From positions 10,464-74,463 of the IMG/VR virus record IMGVR_UViG_3300028638_000008: 64,000 bases of DNA; one strand, 5' to 3'. Positions 25,904 through 37,400 of this stretch are shown in pieces. Position 1 is the stretch's first letter, and every line of letters starts with the position of its first letter. A program made the position numbers and the translations under genes. This DNA is from a virus. Taxonomy: Duplodnaviria > Caudoviricetes. A model generated the notes under the pieces. The model worked only from the letters and a program-made list of their open reading frames with translations, made no database searches and was not told the DNA's origin.

Positions 25904-28900
25904 ATGGCTGAAGTATATCTTGGAGTCGGCATTGATGCCAGCGGTGCGCAACAAGGCGCGGCGCAATATGATAACGCGGCGAAAAAGGTTACTGAAGGCG
26001 CGAAAAAAGCCACAAAAGAAAATGAAGCCTTAACTAAGCAAATCAAAGAAGCTCAGAAGGTTATTCAGCTTCAGCAAAAGCAACTTGATTCAGTCGGCGG
26101 GGCGCTTGACCAGTATAAAATGGCTCTTGGTCAAGCCCGCCTTGCTGTTTCTCAGAAGCAAAAGCAGATTGATTCAATCAAACAGGCTTTGATGCAGTAT
26201 GAAAACGCTTTGAGGGCGTCAGAAAAAGCTGTTCGCGATCAGGGCGAAGAAATCGAATCTTTAAAGCAGAAACTTGAAGATAGTAACAACAAAATAAAAG
26301 AATCTCAAAAAACATGGGACGGCTATAAATCGCAGATTAACAATACTCTGCTGGTGGTTAAAGCCTTCGCTGCCGCTACCGCCGCCCTTGCCGTGCGTGA
26401 AATATCTAATTTTACGCAAGAGCTTTCTAATGCCCGTGCTATGACCGGCGCTTCTGGCGAGGACATGGATAAACTAACAAAAGTTATTCGTGAACTTGGC
26501 GCGTCCACCGTATTTTCTGCTGGTGAAGTTGCAAAAGCTGCCGCAGAGCTTGGCAAGGCTGGTTTTAATACGCAGGAAATTATGACCGCTCTGCCCGCAA
26601 CTCTCGACCTTGCATCAGCGGCAACCATCGGCATCGCAGAGGCTTCAAAAATAACCGCAAACGTTATGAACGGTTTCGGGTTATCTACGGCAGACGTTGG
26701 CAGAGCCGCTGATATTCTTGGCGCAATCGCTATTAACTCAGCTACCGACGTTTCAGGGCTTGGCGATGCGATGAAATTTGCAGGCCCGCCCTCAAAAATG
26801 CTTGGCATTTCGCTTGAAACTACAGCAGCGGCAATGGCTACAATGGCTCAAAATGGCCTTGAGGGTGGTCAGGCAGGTAGAAACTTTGCAAGTATGCTTT
26901 TTGCGCTTTTAAAACCGACTGGCGAGGCTAAAAAGGCCATTAAAGAATTAAAAATAAGCCTTGACGATGTTAACCCTTCAATGAATAAGATTGAAGATAT
27001 TATCAAGCGCTTTACCAAAGCCAATATCGACGCAACGCAAGCGGCTATTATTTTTGGGGCAGAAGGATTCAGAGCTTTCAGCGCCCTTTCCACAAGCCCC
27101 GAAATCTTTGAAAAAATGACTCAGGTTATCGGCAAGGCTGATGGTTCTTTGCGTAAAATTTCGCAGATAAAACTTGATAATATTGCAGGTGATTTTGAAA
27201 AGCTTACCGGCGAGCTTTCAGAATCAGCTTTACAACTTGGCAACCTTGGATTAACAGGCGCAATTAGAAGCTTTTTGCAAGAATCTACAAAATGGGTTGA
27301 ATCGTTAAATCAAACTTTTGAAGCAATCAGCAAAAATAAAGAAGCTGCCGCGTTTTTTTCTGATGTTATGGGCGGCCTTGCTTTAACTATTGGCGGCGTT
27401 ATGGTTTTAAAACTTGCCGAGTGGGCCTATGGTGCCGCCGCCGCCTTTGCTGCCGCTGGCATTGCTGCCGGTGCTTTTACAAGCGCCCTTGTTTTACTTA
27501 CCGGTGGAGCTACAATCGGCGCTCTTGCCTATCTCGCAAAGCTTAGAATGGAAACAATCGACCTTGAAGAAGAAACGCGCAAACAAGAAGAAGCCCTTCT
27601 CGACCTGCCCGGCGCATACGGCACTGCTGCAAGAGCGGGCCGCGTTCACATGCTTGAGTTGCAGCTTGCAACCATGCGAACTACTGCCGAAATTGAAAAA
27701 ATGATTGCAGAATTGCAAGGAAAACAGTTTGCGCCTGATTTAATGGGCATCGGCGGCACCGCTCAATTTGCAATTACTCAGCAAATCGACGCGGCTAATG
27801 CCGAACTTGCAAAACGCGCAAAGATTGAAAAAGAAATTGCAGACCTAAAAAATACTCAGTTTTATTGGGAAACCATGAATAGCAAAGCGGCCCGCGACGG
27901 TTTGCGGGGCGCAACTGATTATGCAGATAAAATCGCCAAAGGCATGCTTGGCCTTGCGGGTGGTTTTTCTGTTGGGCCACTGCCAAGAGGCGAAAGCGCA
28001 ACTACACCGCCCGCTACTGTTTCACAAGCAGCAGGCGCAACAAGAGCAGAAAAGCCGGTAAAATCATCGCCATACGATACTGACGGCATTATGTCTTTCG
28101 CTTTTTCTCAGATGGCTGTTTTAAAGCAAGAATCAGACAAGGCTATTGAAGTTTTTAAACAGCAGGAAATGGCAAAAGAAAAATATATGCAGGGGCTTGA
28201 AAAGCAATCACAAGCAGAACAAAAGCGCCTTGAATTAACCAAACAATACGGCGACAATGTAGCCGAAATTGATACTCAGATGCAGCTTTACAACGCAACC
28301 AGAGAACACGGGCTGGTTGTTGGCAGCGAAGAATATTTACAGGCAGAGCGACTTATTAAGGCGCAAAAAGATTCTGCCGCAAGCACAAAAGAACTTGAAG
28401 AAGCCCGCAGAAAAGAACTTGATGCAACAAAGAAGGCTGAAGAAGCTCACAAGCAATGGGCTAACTCAATGACCTACGCTTTCAAAGACGCGATAATGAA
28501 CAGCAAAAACTTAGGCGACGCTCTGAGTAACCTTGCCAACCGCGTTCAGGATATGCTTGTAAACAAGGCGCTTGATAGTCTGCTTGGCGGCTTTTTCGGT
28601 GGTTTTTCAAAAGGTGCAGCATTTCAGGCAGGCGGCGTTACGGCTTTTGCAAGCGGCGGCGTAGTTTCTCAGCCTTCATTTTTCCCGATGTCAGGCAATA
28701 GAACCGGCTTAATAGGCGAGGCAGGGCCAGAGGCAATCATGCCCCTTACTCGCACAAGCTCAGGCGATTTGGGCGTTAGAGCAATCGGCGGCGGTGGCAC
28801 AACCGTTATCGCGCCCGTGGTTAATATCAGCGTCAGCGGCGGTTCTGAAGAACAGAATCAAGACGCAGCAACCAAGGTCAGCGCGGCTGTTAGAGATGCA

Positions 28901-28963
28901 ATCGACGACGTAGTTATGAATGTTCTTTTGCGCGAAAAGCGCCCCGGAGGTAGTTTAACATGA
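25904..28963 (+). CDS. Tape measure protein (TP901-type core)
   Basis: 1019 aa; ELGASTVFSA.EVA..LGKAGF..LDLA; lambda-type C-terminus FASGGVV..GEAGPEAIMPL. Confidence 0.95.
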   Translation: MAEVYLGVGIDASGAQQGAAQYDNAAKKVTEGAKKATKENEALTKQIKEAQKVIQLQQKQLDSVGGALDQYKMALGQARLAVSQKQKQIDSIKQALMQYENALRASEKAVRDQGEEIESLKQKLEDSNNKIKESQKTWDGYKSQINNTLLVVKAFAAATAALAVREISNFTQELSNARAMTGASGEDMDKLTKVIRELGASTVFSAGEVAKAAAELGKAGFNTQEIMTALPATLDLASAATIGIAEASKITANVMNGFGLSTADVGRAADILGAIAINSATDVSGLGDAMKFAGPPSKMLGISLETTAAAMATMAQNGLEGGQAGRNFASMLFALLKPTGEAKKAIKELKISLDDVNPSMNKIEDIIKRFTKANIDATQAAIIFGAEGFRAFSALSTSPEIFEKMTQVIGKADGSLRKISQIKLDNIAGDFEKLTGELSESALQLGNLGLTGAIRSFLQESTKWVESLNQTFEAISKNKEAAAFFSDVMGGLALTIGGVMVLKLAEWAYGAAAAFAAAGIAAGAFTSALVLLTGGATIGALAYLAKLRMETIDLEEETRKQEEALLDLPGAYGTAARAGRVHMLELQLATMRTTAEIEKMIAELQGKQFAPDLMGIGGTAQFAITQQIDAANAELAKRAKIEKEIADLKNTQFYWETMNSKAARDGLRGATDYADKIAKGMLGLAGGFSVGPLPRGESATTPPATVSQAAGATRAEKPVKSSPYDTDGIMSFAFSQMAVLKQESDKAIEVFKQQEMAKEKYMQGLEKQSQAEQKRLELTKQYGDNVAEIDTQMQLYNATREHGLVVGSEEYLQAERLIKAQKDSAASTKELEEARRKELDATKKAEEAHKQWANSMTYAFKDAIMNSKNLGDALSNLANRVQDMLVNKALDSLLGGFFGGFSKGAAFQAGGVTAFASGGVVSQPSFFPMSGNRTGLIGEAGPEAIMPLTRTSSGDLGVRAIGGGGTTVIAPVVNISVSGGSEEQNQDAATKVSAAVRDAIDDVVMNVLLREKRPGGSLT

Positions 28964-29310
28964 GCTTGCAAACCTTTACGCCTGCCATTCGGCCCGATGT
29001 AGGCTCTGGCGGCTCGCATCAGTTCAGGACTCTGACCGCTAATTTTGGCGACGGTTACGACCAAGAAGCCGCCGATGGCATTAACCCGCTGAAATCAGAT
29101 TATACGCTGAATTGGAGTAATTTAACCGTTGCCGAAGCCGATGCCATTATCGCCTTTTTCGATGCAAGAGGCGGCTATGAGGCGTTCAACTACACAATTC
29201 CGGGTCAGTCAACGGCGTATAAATTCCGATGCAAGCGGTATAGCGATACATGGGCAAAAGGCGATCATAAAGACGTTTCGGCTACCTTAACCCGCGTATA
29301 TGACTTGTAA
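28960..29310 (+). CDS. Distal tail protein (lambda gpM-like)
   Basis: FGDGYDQ..DGIN..FFDARGG..AFNYT. Confidence 0.85.
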   Translation: MSLQTFTPAIRPDVGSGGSHQFRTLTANFGDGYDQEAADGINPLKSDYTLNWSNLTVAEADAIIAFFDARGGYEAFNYTIPGQSTAYKFRCKRYSDTWAKGDHKDVSATLTRVYDL

Positions 29311-29319
29311 GGGGATAAC

Positions 29320-30039
29320 ATGACAAATACGATTAACAGTGCAGTTCAAGAATTTTCACCGGGCAAACTGGTCGAGCTTTTCGTTGTCGATTTAACCGTG
29401 TTAGGCGGCGGTGTGTCGCGTTGGGCTAATACCGCGTTTGCCGATAATGCAATCGTTTTTGATGGCGATACTTATACCCCGATGAAAATGGAAGTCGAAG
29501 GCTTTGAATGGAACGGCAGGGGCGCAATACCGACGCCGCGCATTAGAATATTTCCGAATGATGGTATTAAAGCCGCAATGTTAGCCTATGATGATTTAAT
29601 CGGCGGCAAAATCACCCGCATTAAAACCTTTTCGCGCTTTCTCGATGGGCAACCCGACGCAGACCCGTCGCAGCGCTTTCCCGATGAAGTTTATTATTTT
29701 GAGCAGAAAACTGCATTTAATAAATCGGTGGTTGAATGGACTTTATCATCAACGCTCGACCAAGAAGGCGTTATGCTGCCGAAAAGAATTTTTTTAAAAG
29801 ATATTTGCCAACTTGAATACCGCCGATACAATCCCGCTACGTTAGTTTTTGAATATGTCGCAGAAATTGACGGCGGTTGCCCTTACAACGGCGCTAATTA
29901 TTATGATGTAGACGGAAATAGTGTTACAATAGATAAAGACAAATGCGGCAAGCGTTTAAGCGAATGTAAAAGGCGTTTTGGCGATTATGCAAAATTGCCT
30001 TTTATGGGTTTTCCGGGCATTACCGCATTTAAACGATAA
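29320..30039 (+). CDS. Tail tip protein (lambda gpL-like)
   Basis: VELF.VDL..GA.PTPRI..ITRIKTF..FLD..C..Y..C.Y.G..D.CGKRLSECK.RF..F.GFPG. Confidence 0.9.
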   Translation: MTNTINSAVQEFSPGKLVELFVVDLTVLGGGVSRWANTAFADNAIVFDGDTYTPMKMEVEGFEWNGRGAIPTPRIRIFPNDGIKAAMLAYDDLIGGKITRIKTFSRFLDGQPDADPSQRFPDEVYYFEQKTAFNKSVVEWTLSSTLDQEGVMLPKRIFLKDICQLEYRRYNPATLVFEYVAEIDGGCPYNGANYYDVDGNSVTIDKDKCGKRLSECKRRFGDYAKLPFMGFPGITAFKR

Positions 30040-30056
30040 CTTTGAAAGGTTCTAAT

Positions 30057-30830
30057 ATGTTCTACGAGCGGCAACCGAAAGATTTAACCGAAAAAGATTT
30101 AAAAAAAGCAATCGAACACGCTTTAAAAGAATTTCCGCGTGAGGCTTGCGGCGTGTTTACGCGGTCATGCGGTTATATCGCTTGTAAGAATGTAGCCGAA
30201 AAGCCAGAGCTTGATTTTGTAATGCAGGAATACAAGCAAATTGCAGCCAATGAGGGCGATGTAATTGCAATTTTTCACAGCCACCCTGACGGCACTAATC
30301 ACCCGTCGAAAGCCGATATGAAGGTGCAGATAAGCACTGATTTGCCGTGGGGTATCGCGGTTTTGTCAGATAAAGGCGCTTTAACTGATTTATTCTTTTG
30401 GGGTTCTGATAACATACCCGCCCTGATAGGCCGAAAATACCGCTCAGGCTCAATGGATTGCTTTTCGATTATTCGCGATGCTTATAAGCTTTGGTATAAT
30501 ATCGACCTTCCCGAATTTCCCCGCGATGAGGAATTTTGGAAGCACGGCGAGAATAAGTATATCGACGGCTTTTCAGAAGCGGGCTTTGAGATTATACCCG
30601 TTGAAAAGCTCATGCCCGGCGATGTAATTCTTGGCAACGTGCTAGGCAAAGGTATCGTAAATCATGGCGCGGTTGTTCTCAATCACCGCGAATTGATTCA
30701 CCACCTTTCAGGCCAATTATCTCGCAGAGATAGCCTGTCGAAATGGTTCAGGCATCTTAATATATGTTTGCGGCACAAAGCATTTGAATTGAACGGCGGG
30801 CCGCCTATGCCCCCGGAAATAGGTGTTTAA
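30057..30830 (+). CDS. Tail tip assembly protein (lambda gpK-like; JAB plus NlpC/P60)
   Basis: EACG..HSHPDG..PS..D; DCFSIIRD..NHGAV..HH. Confidence 0.9.
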   Translation: MFYERQPKDLTEKDLKKAIEHALKEFPREACGVFTRSCGYIACKNVAEKPELDFVMQEYKQIAANEGDVIAIFHSHPDGTNHPSKADMKVQISTDLPWGIAVLSDKGALTDLFFWGSDNIPALIGRKYRSGSMDCFSIIRDAYKLWYNIDLPEFPRDEEFWKHGENKYIDGFSEAGFEIIPVEKLMPGDVILGNVLGKGIVNHGAVVLNHRELIHHLSGQLSRRDSLSKWFRHLNICLRHKAFELNGGPPMPPEIGV

Positions 30831-30831
30831 A

Positions 30832-31425
30832 ATGGCAGTAAAACAAATCTATTTACACGGCGTTCTGAAAAAACAATTCGGCGAGGTTTATAATCTCGAC
30901 GTTGCAACGCCAATCGAAGCGGTTAAGGCGCTTTGCCACGTTGTAAAAGGCTTCAGAGAAGAATTTGCAAAGCACTCTTACAGTGTTATCAAAGGCGCGT
31001 TAGAAAAGGGTTGGATTCTCGACGAAAACACTGTCGGTGTGCAGCTTGCAAAAGATGAGCTGCACTTTATACCGGTCGTTTCGGGTTCTAAGGGCGGCGG
31101 TCTTGGTAAGTTAATTACTGGTATCGTATTAATCGGCCTTGCTTTTACTGGGGCGGGTGCAGCCTTTGCGGGCTTTCTTGGCGTAACAACCACAAAACTT
31201 GCAATCATGGGCGGTATTCTTGCCCTTGGTGGCCTTGCGCAAATGAACGCAAAAACGCCGAAATACGCCATGAGCAGCATGGAACCAGCAGAAACAAGAG
31301 CATCGCATATTTTCACGGGTGCGGTTAACACAACCGAACAAGGTAACGCAATTCCGCTTGTATATGGCCGAATCCGCATAGGTTCTCAGGTTGCCGCGCA
31401 AGGCATGGACACCGTAAACATTTAA
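30832..31425 (+). CDS. Tail assembly protein (lambda gpI-like)
   Basis: IYLHGVL.K.FG..EAVKAL..PVVSGS..FTGAVNTTEQGNAIPLVYG...GSQV. Confidence 0.9.
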   Translation: MAVKQIYLHGVLKKQFGEVYNLDVATPIEAVKALCHVVKGFREEFAKHSYSVIKGALEKGWILDENTVGVQLAKDELHFIPVVSGSKGGGLGKLITGIVLIGLAFTGAGAAFAGFLGVTTTKLAIMGGILALGGLAQMNAKTPKYAMSSMEPAETRASHIFTGAVNTTEQGNAIPLVYGRIRIGSQVAAQGMDTVNI

Positions 31426-31437
31426 GGAGCCGTTAAA

Positions 31438-34400
31438 ATGCCAACTGAAGCCCCGAATACACTGCGTTCACGCGCAAGGTATAAGATTGTCGATATTCTT
31501 TCCGAAGGCCCAATCAAGGGGCTTGTTAACGGCGCACAGAGTATCTTTCTCGATGATACACCGATTCAAAACCGTGACGGCACTTATAATTTTCCGAATT
31601 TTGATGTAACTCGCGACGTAACGGAATTGCCAGTTGTTGCGCCAACAGGCTCAAACGCGCCTCTTTTCCACGGCACGTTCCCGGCATCCGAAAATACCGT
31701 TAATGTCGGCGTAAAGGTTACAAACGATAGCCCCGAAGGTAGCGGTAGCGGAGATGGCTCTGTAACTCGCACGATTACAGACTCAAGCCTTGATGCCGCC
31801 CGCGTAACCCTTCGCATTCCGGCTCTTGCAATCACCAACACAACAACCGGCGACATTGCGGGCGGGCAAATAAATTTTAATATCTATGTAAAGCCTAATG
31901 GCGGCGACTTTTCGCCTATAGACGCAGGCGCGGCATGGACTAATTTAACCGTTGGCGGTAACACTCTGCCTGAAAGCTCTGGCGTCGAGCTGACAGTCAG
32001 GCTTAGCGGCGATAGAACAACCGCGAAAAAAATTACATGGCAATATGCTGAAGTTGTTGGCGGCATTGTTGGGGAATGGATAACTTATGCAAGCGTAGAT
32101 ATTCCCGCTACGTCATCATCTCAGCAGGCCGAAGGTTTTTACAACTGGTCTGCTAATCTTGGCGATTTTACCCGCTCTGTTAAATATCTTGGCGCGGGCA
32201 CGTATCGCGTCCGATCTGTGACTACTGGCGGCACCGGCACCGATATTAGCGCAAGGCAATATCAGGTTGTTGGTCTGCAAATATCGGGCAAGACCGTATC
32301 GCCATACGACGTCAGCTATAACGTGCCATTGCCTGACGGTGGTGCACCTTGGGAAATTAAAGTGCAGCGGTGGACAAGCGATAACACTGCCGCAAATTAT
32401 CAAGACGACCTTTATTGGCTTTCTTATACCGAAATCATCAACAACCGTTTTTCGTGGCCTAATATTGCGGGTATGCAGCTTACTTTCGATGCTGAAAGCT
32501 TTGGCGGCAATGTTCCGGCACGCTCGTATGATGTTATGGGCCTTATGGTGCAAATACCGTCGAACTATGACCCATACAACCGGCTTTATACCGGCACATG
32601 GGACGGCACGTTTAAAACAGATTGGACTGACAACCCCGCATGGATTTTTTACGATCTGCTGACAAATAAGCGTTATGGCCTTGGCAGCAATATCGACGCT
32701 GCGCAAATTGATAAATGGGCGCTTTATTCAATCGGGCAATACTGCGATGAGCTTGTAGACGCGCCAAACGGCAAACAGGAGCCGCGTTATACTTGCTCTT
32801 GCGTTATCAACTCGCAGCAGGAAGCCTATGACCTTTTAACCGCGATTGCATCAGCCTTCAGAGGCATGATTTATTGGTCAAATGGCGCAATAACCGCGAC
32901 CGCCGATATGCCCTCAGACCCGGTTATCGACGTTGGGCCTGCAAATGTTATCAACGGCGAATTTACTTATCAGGGCGCAAGCAGAAAAGCCCGCCATACC
33001 GTTGCCCGCGTTAGTTGGAATAACCCTGATGACGGTTATAAGCTCAATGTAGAAATTTACGAAGATACCGAAGCAATCAGAAAATACGGCTACCGCCCGA
33101 TTGATATTAACGCTTTCGGCTGCACCTCGCGCGGCCTTGCCCGTCGTTGGGGCAAGTGGCTTATTTCAAGCGATAATGACGCGCCTGATACCGTTACATA
33201 CAAAGCATCTTTCGACCATTTCGCAATCAGGCCCGGCGATGTTATCCGCATTGCAGACCCGAACTATAGCGCCGAACAGAACTTCGGGCGCATTGTGTCG
33301 ATTGTTGATAATGAAGATACAACACACACAATCACGCTCGACCGTGCCGTAACGCTTATCGGCGGCGATGATTCCGAGCTTGCGCTAACTTTGCCAGACC
33401 AAACTCAGCTTTTGCTTGATGTTTCAGTGCTTGTAACCGCTACAAGCTCCGAAATCACCGTGCCGTCTGCGTCATTAACCACAATGCCGATGATTGGCGC
33501 GGTATGGCTTCTCAAAAAAGAAACCGTAGAGCCGCGTCAGTGGCGCGTATTCAGTGTTGTAGAATCTGAGAAAAATATTTATCAGGTTTCTGCAATGCTT
33601 TACAACCCGAATAAGTATGCAGAAATCGAAACCGGCTTAAACTTTGAAGAAGCCAATTTTTCAGCAATGCCAACGGGCGAAATTCCCGCCCCGACCGGTC
33701 TTGTCGTTTCTGAATTTCTCAAACAGACTGGTTCTGCTATTCTTGAGTGTGCAACTCTTTCATGGACGCGCCCCGATGATGCCCGCGCCGACTTTTTCGA
33801 GGTGCAGTATCAAATCGACGGGCGCGATTGGCAAGCAACTACGCCGAATCTTGTAGGCACTACAAGCGTCGATATACTTAACATCGTGCCCGAAACATAC
33901 AACTTTCGCGTCAGGGCGCAAGATTCTACCGGCCTTTTCAGAAGCTCATGGGCAACGCTTTCTAGCCAAACATTGCTCGGCAAGCAGAAAAAGCCTGAAA
34001 ACGTAACCGGATTTACCGCAACCGTTGAAAAATTCGGTATTTTGCTGAAATGGACACCCGTTTCTGATATTGATATCGACTTTTACGAAATCAGAAGCGG
34101 CGCCTCATGGGCTGCCGGAACTGTCATTGGCAAGCCAAAGGCCGCCGAATTTAAATATGAAGAAAATGTAACCGGCGCATATACGTTTTGGATTGCCGCA
34201 AAAGATACAAGCAAAAACTATTCAGCAACCCCCGCAAGCGCGTCTGCAACCATTTCGGCGCAAGGCACACCAACACTATCAACCGTCGCGGTTAATGGCG
34301 GTATTCAGCTTACAATCGGCGGCACCGTTTCTCGCGGCTTCAAAAACTATGAAATTCAGCGCAAGGAATACCCGTCTGGCGCAGAAACAACAATTAACAA

Positions 34401-37400
34401 CAATGTTCTGACCCGCATTTTCACTGATTCTGACATTGCAACGCTTGGTTATGTAAAATCATGGCAATACCGCGTTAGAGCCGTTGACCAGAACGGTTCA
34501 GCATCGGCTTACACTGCATGGTCGGCACAGCTTACGCCGAAGCAGATTGAAAATAACGACATTACCGCCAATCAGATAATCGCAAAAGACTTCAGAACTG
34601 CTTGCAATGCCGGTAATGGCACTGTATCAGGCGTTCTTTTCAATGCTAACGGTATTCAGGCTTGGAATGGCGCAACGAATACGTTTTGCATCGACGCGGC
34701 AACGGGTAACGTCAGCCTAACCGGCACTATTACCGCGAACATCGGCTGTATCGGTGGGTGGTGCATTGCTACCGGCTGCCTATACGCAACAAACGCAAAA
34801 ATGTATTCGGGCGCGGCCAATACCGCACGCATGGAATTTGGCACGGGTGCATGCTCTGCTGGCATTAACTCAGCAAACGCAGGCACTGACATATCGTTTT
34901 GGGCGGGTTCTACGTTTGCAAACAGGGCGAGTGCGCCTTTCAGGGTTACCGCTGCCGGGGCTATAACTGCAACAAGCGGCTTAATCGGCGGCTTTACAAT
35001 CGACGGCACCGAAGGGCTTTACGCAGGAACCGGCGCAACCCGCGTGCAAATGAAGGCGGGCGCAGGTTTTTGGGCGGGTGCTACTGCGCAAAACGATGCT
35101 TGTTTTAGTGTAACACAAGCTGGTTATTTAAAATCTACAAGCGGCTTGATTGGCGCATGGACTATTTCACAAACAAGACTTTGTAGATTATTTACAAATG
35201 GCTGCTTAGTTCTTGGTATGGGGCAGGGTGAGCAAATACAATGGGCTGAAAATACAGATGGTGCATGGTCAGCTATTACCATCGGCCAATGTGTCTGGAC
35301 TGGCACCTATGTTGCTAGAACCGGCATGGCAATTACATTTAATAATACGCCGTATTTTCAAGTTCATAAACCGATTGGTGGCGGTGCTATTTGTGCAAAC
35401 ATCGCCGGTTGGAACTTCAACGCCACTCAAATCTACTCCACCGGCTGCGGCCTAATCCTCTGCAACACCGGCGCAATCCAAACCGGCAGCTTTGTAACTG
35501 GCAATGCAGGCTGGAAAATCGACTATCTTGGCAACGCAGAGTTTAATAATATTTGCGCTCGTGGTGCTATCAGAACCGCTGTGTTCATCAAAGATGAAAT
35601 CAGTGTTATTGGCGGGCGCACGCTGATTAGACCAGCAGGCGTTTCGACGCTTGATTGCAATCCCGGTGCAGATACATTCAATATTCATCTTGGCTCAAAC
35701 ATCGACCAATTCGCGGTCAATGACCTTATCCGCATTAAAGATGGCGCGGGTGATTTTTGGGCTTGTGTTTGTGCTTGCAATGGTGCTTCTCAGTGTTTAA
35801 CCGTTGTTAAAACAGCGGGAACCCGCTTTGCCTTCACAAAAGGGCAAGCAATCGTAAACTACGGCGCAAAAACAGGCTGTGGTGGTATTTTGCTCGATGG
35901 TCAAGCACCATACATCGACATTTACACACATAATGGCACGCCTTGGAACGGCACCTGTTCACGCGGTAGAATGGGCAATCTTAACGGTTGGGGTAGCTTT
36001 TCTACCGACACCTATGGCCTTGCGCTTGGCTCGCCGACCGGCAATTACATGACTTATGATTCCGTAAGCGGGAATCTGAACATTCTTGGCAATATCAATG
36101 TTTGTTCTACTTTGCCGCTTTCAATGCCGGGTGGCGCGGTGCTTGATATTTCTGCAAAAGGTTCGACTACCGACACTATTGCGCTGACTGGCGGCGTGAA
36201 AGACGTTTCCGGGAATGGCAATAATGGCACCGCTTATAACGGCGTCACCGTGTCTGATAGCAAAATCGGAAAGGTTTTCCAATTTGATGGTGCATCCAAA
36301 TACATCAACATTCCCTCACTTGGGTCTGATGCGCCTTGGACTGTTTCGGCATGGGTTGCAAGAAACGCTTTTGCGAATGCGACGTGGAAAACAATAATAG
36401 CAGTTGCAAGCGGAAACATTCACCATTTGATTCTTACAGACGATTACGGTGTTGGCTTGTGGGATGGCTCACACAAATCGTTCGGCTATGTCGTGCCTAA
36501 TGATGGGAAATTCCATGCCCTGACTGTAATTTATCATAATTCGACAAGCGCATCTTTGTATGCCGACGGCGTTTTTGTCAGAACAATCACAATAAATTTA
36601 AACTTAAACACCTATAAATTTGGTAAAATTGGAAACTGGAGCGGGGGTGGCTATCACGCCGGCCCCATTGGAAATCTTAAAATATATAACCGCGCTCTAA
36701 CCGCTGAAGAAGTAAAAACCCTCTACCTCGTCGGCAATCAACAAGAATCAGGCACAATCACCGCCGACCGCGTTCAGACCGGCACTTTGCAGTCGATAAA
36801 CTGGGGCACTTCTGCGGGGTCGCTGTTTAATCTTAACGACGGCACTTTTGCAATGGGCGGTTCATCTGCACCAAAACTTTGCTGGAACGGAACAACTTTG
36901 AGCGTAACGGGGAATATCACAATCACGGGTGGGTCTGGGATTGGTAATTTCAGCGATGCAGGGGCACTGGCAACAGTAGACAATCTCGATGGAGTAGCCG
37001 ATGGCTCAACTTATAAACGCACAACCACAAACGAAAAAACAGGCGCAGGCCGCGCTTATTCTGGCCTTGATTCAAGCAATCGCCTTGTAACCGCCGTTAT
37101 TCCGGGCACCGCCGTAACGCCTTCAACCGCCGGGCTTTTCATCGGCTCTACCAACATGGGCTATCATAACGGCACCGTATGGAAAACATACATGGATAAC
37201 TGCGGTAATTTCTACCTTGGCGGTTCTGCTGTTGGTGGTTGCGGGCTTGCTTGGAATGCTACGAGCAACTGCCTAACCGTTTGTGGTTGTATTACTTCGG
37301 GTGCTGGCCGTATCGGCGGGTGGAATATAACTGGCTCGCAAATAATACAAACATGTATTGGTGGGGTAAATAATCGCAAGTTAGAGATGAACGCATCGTA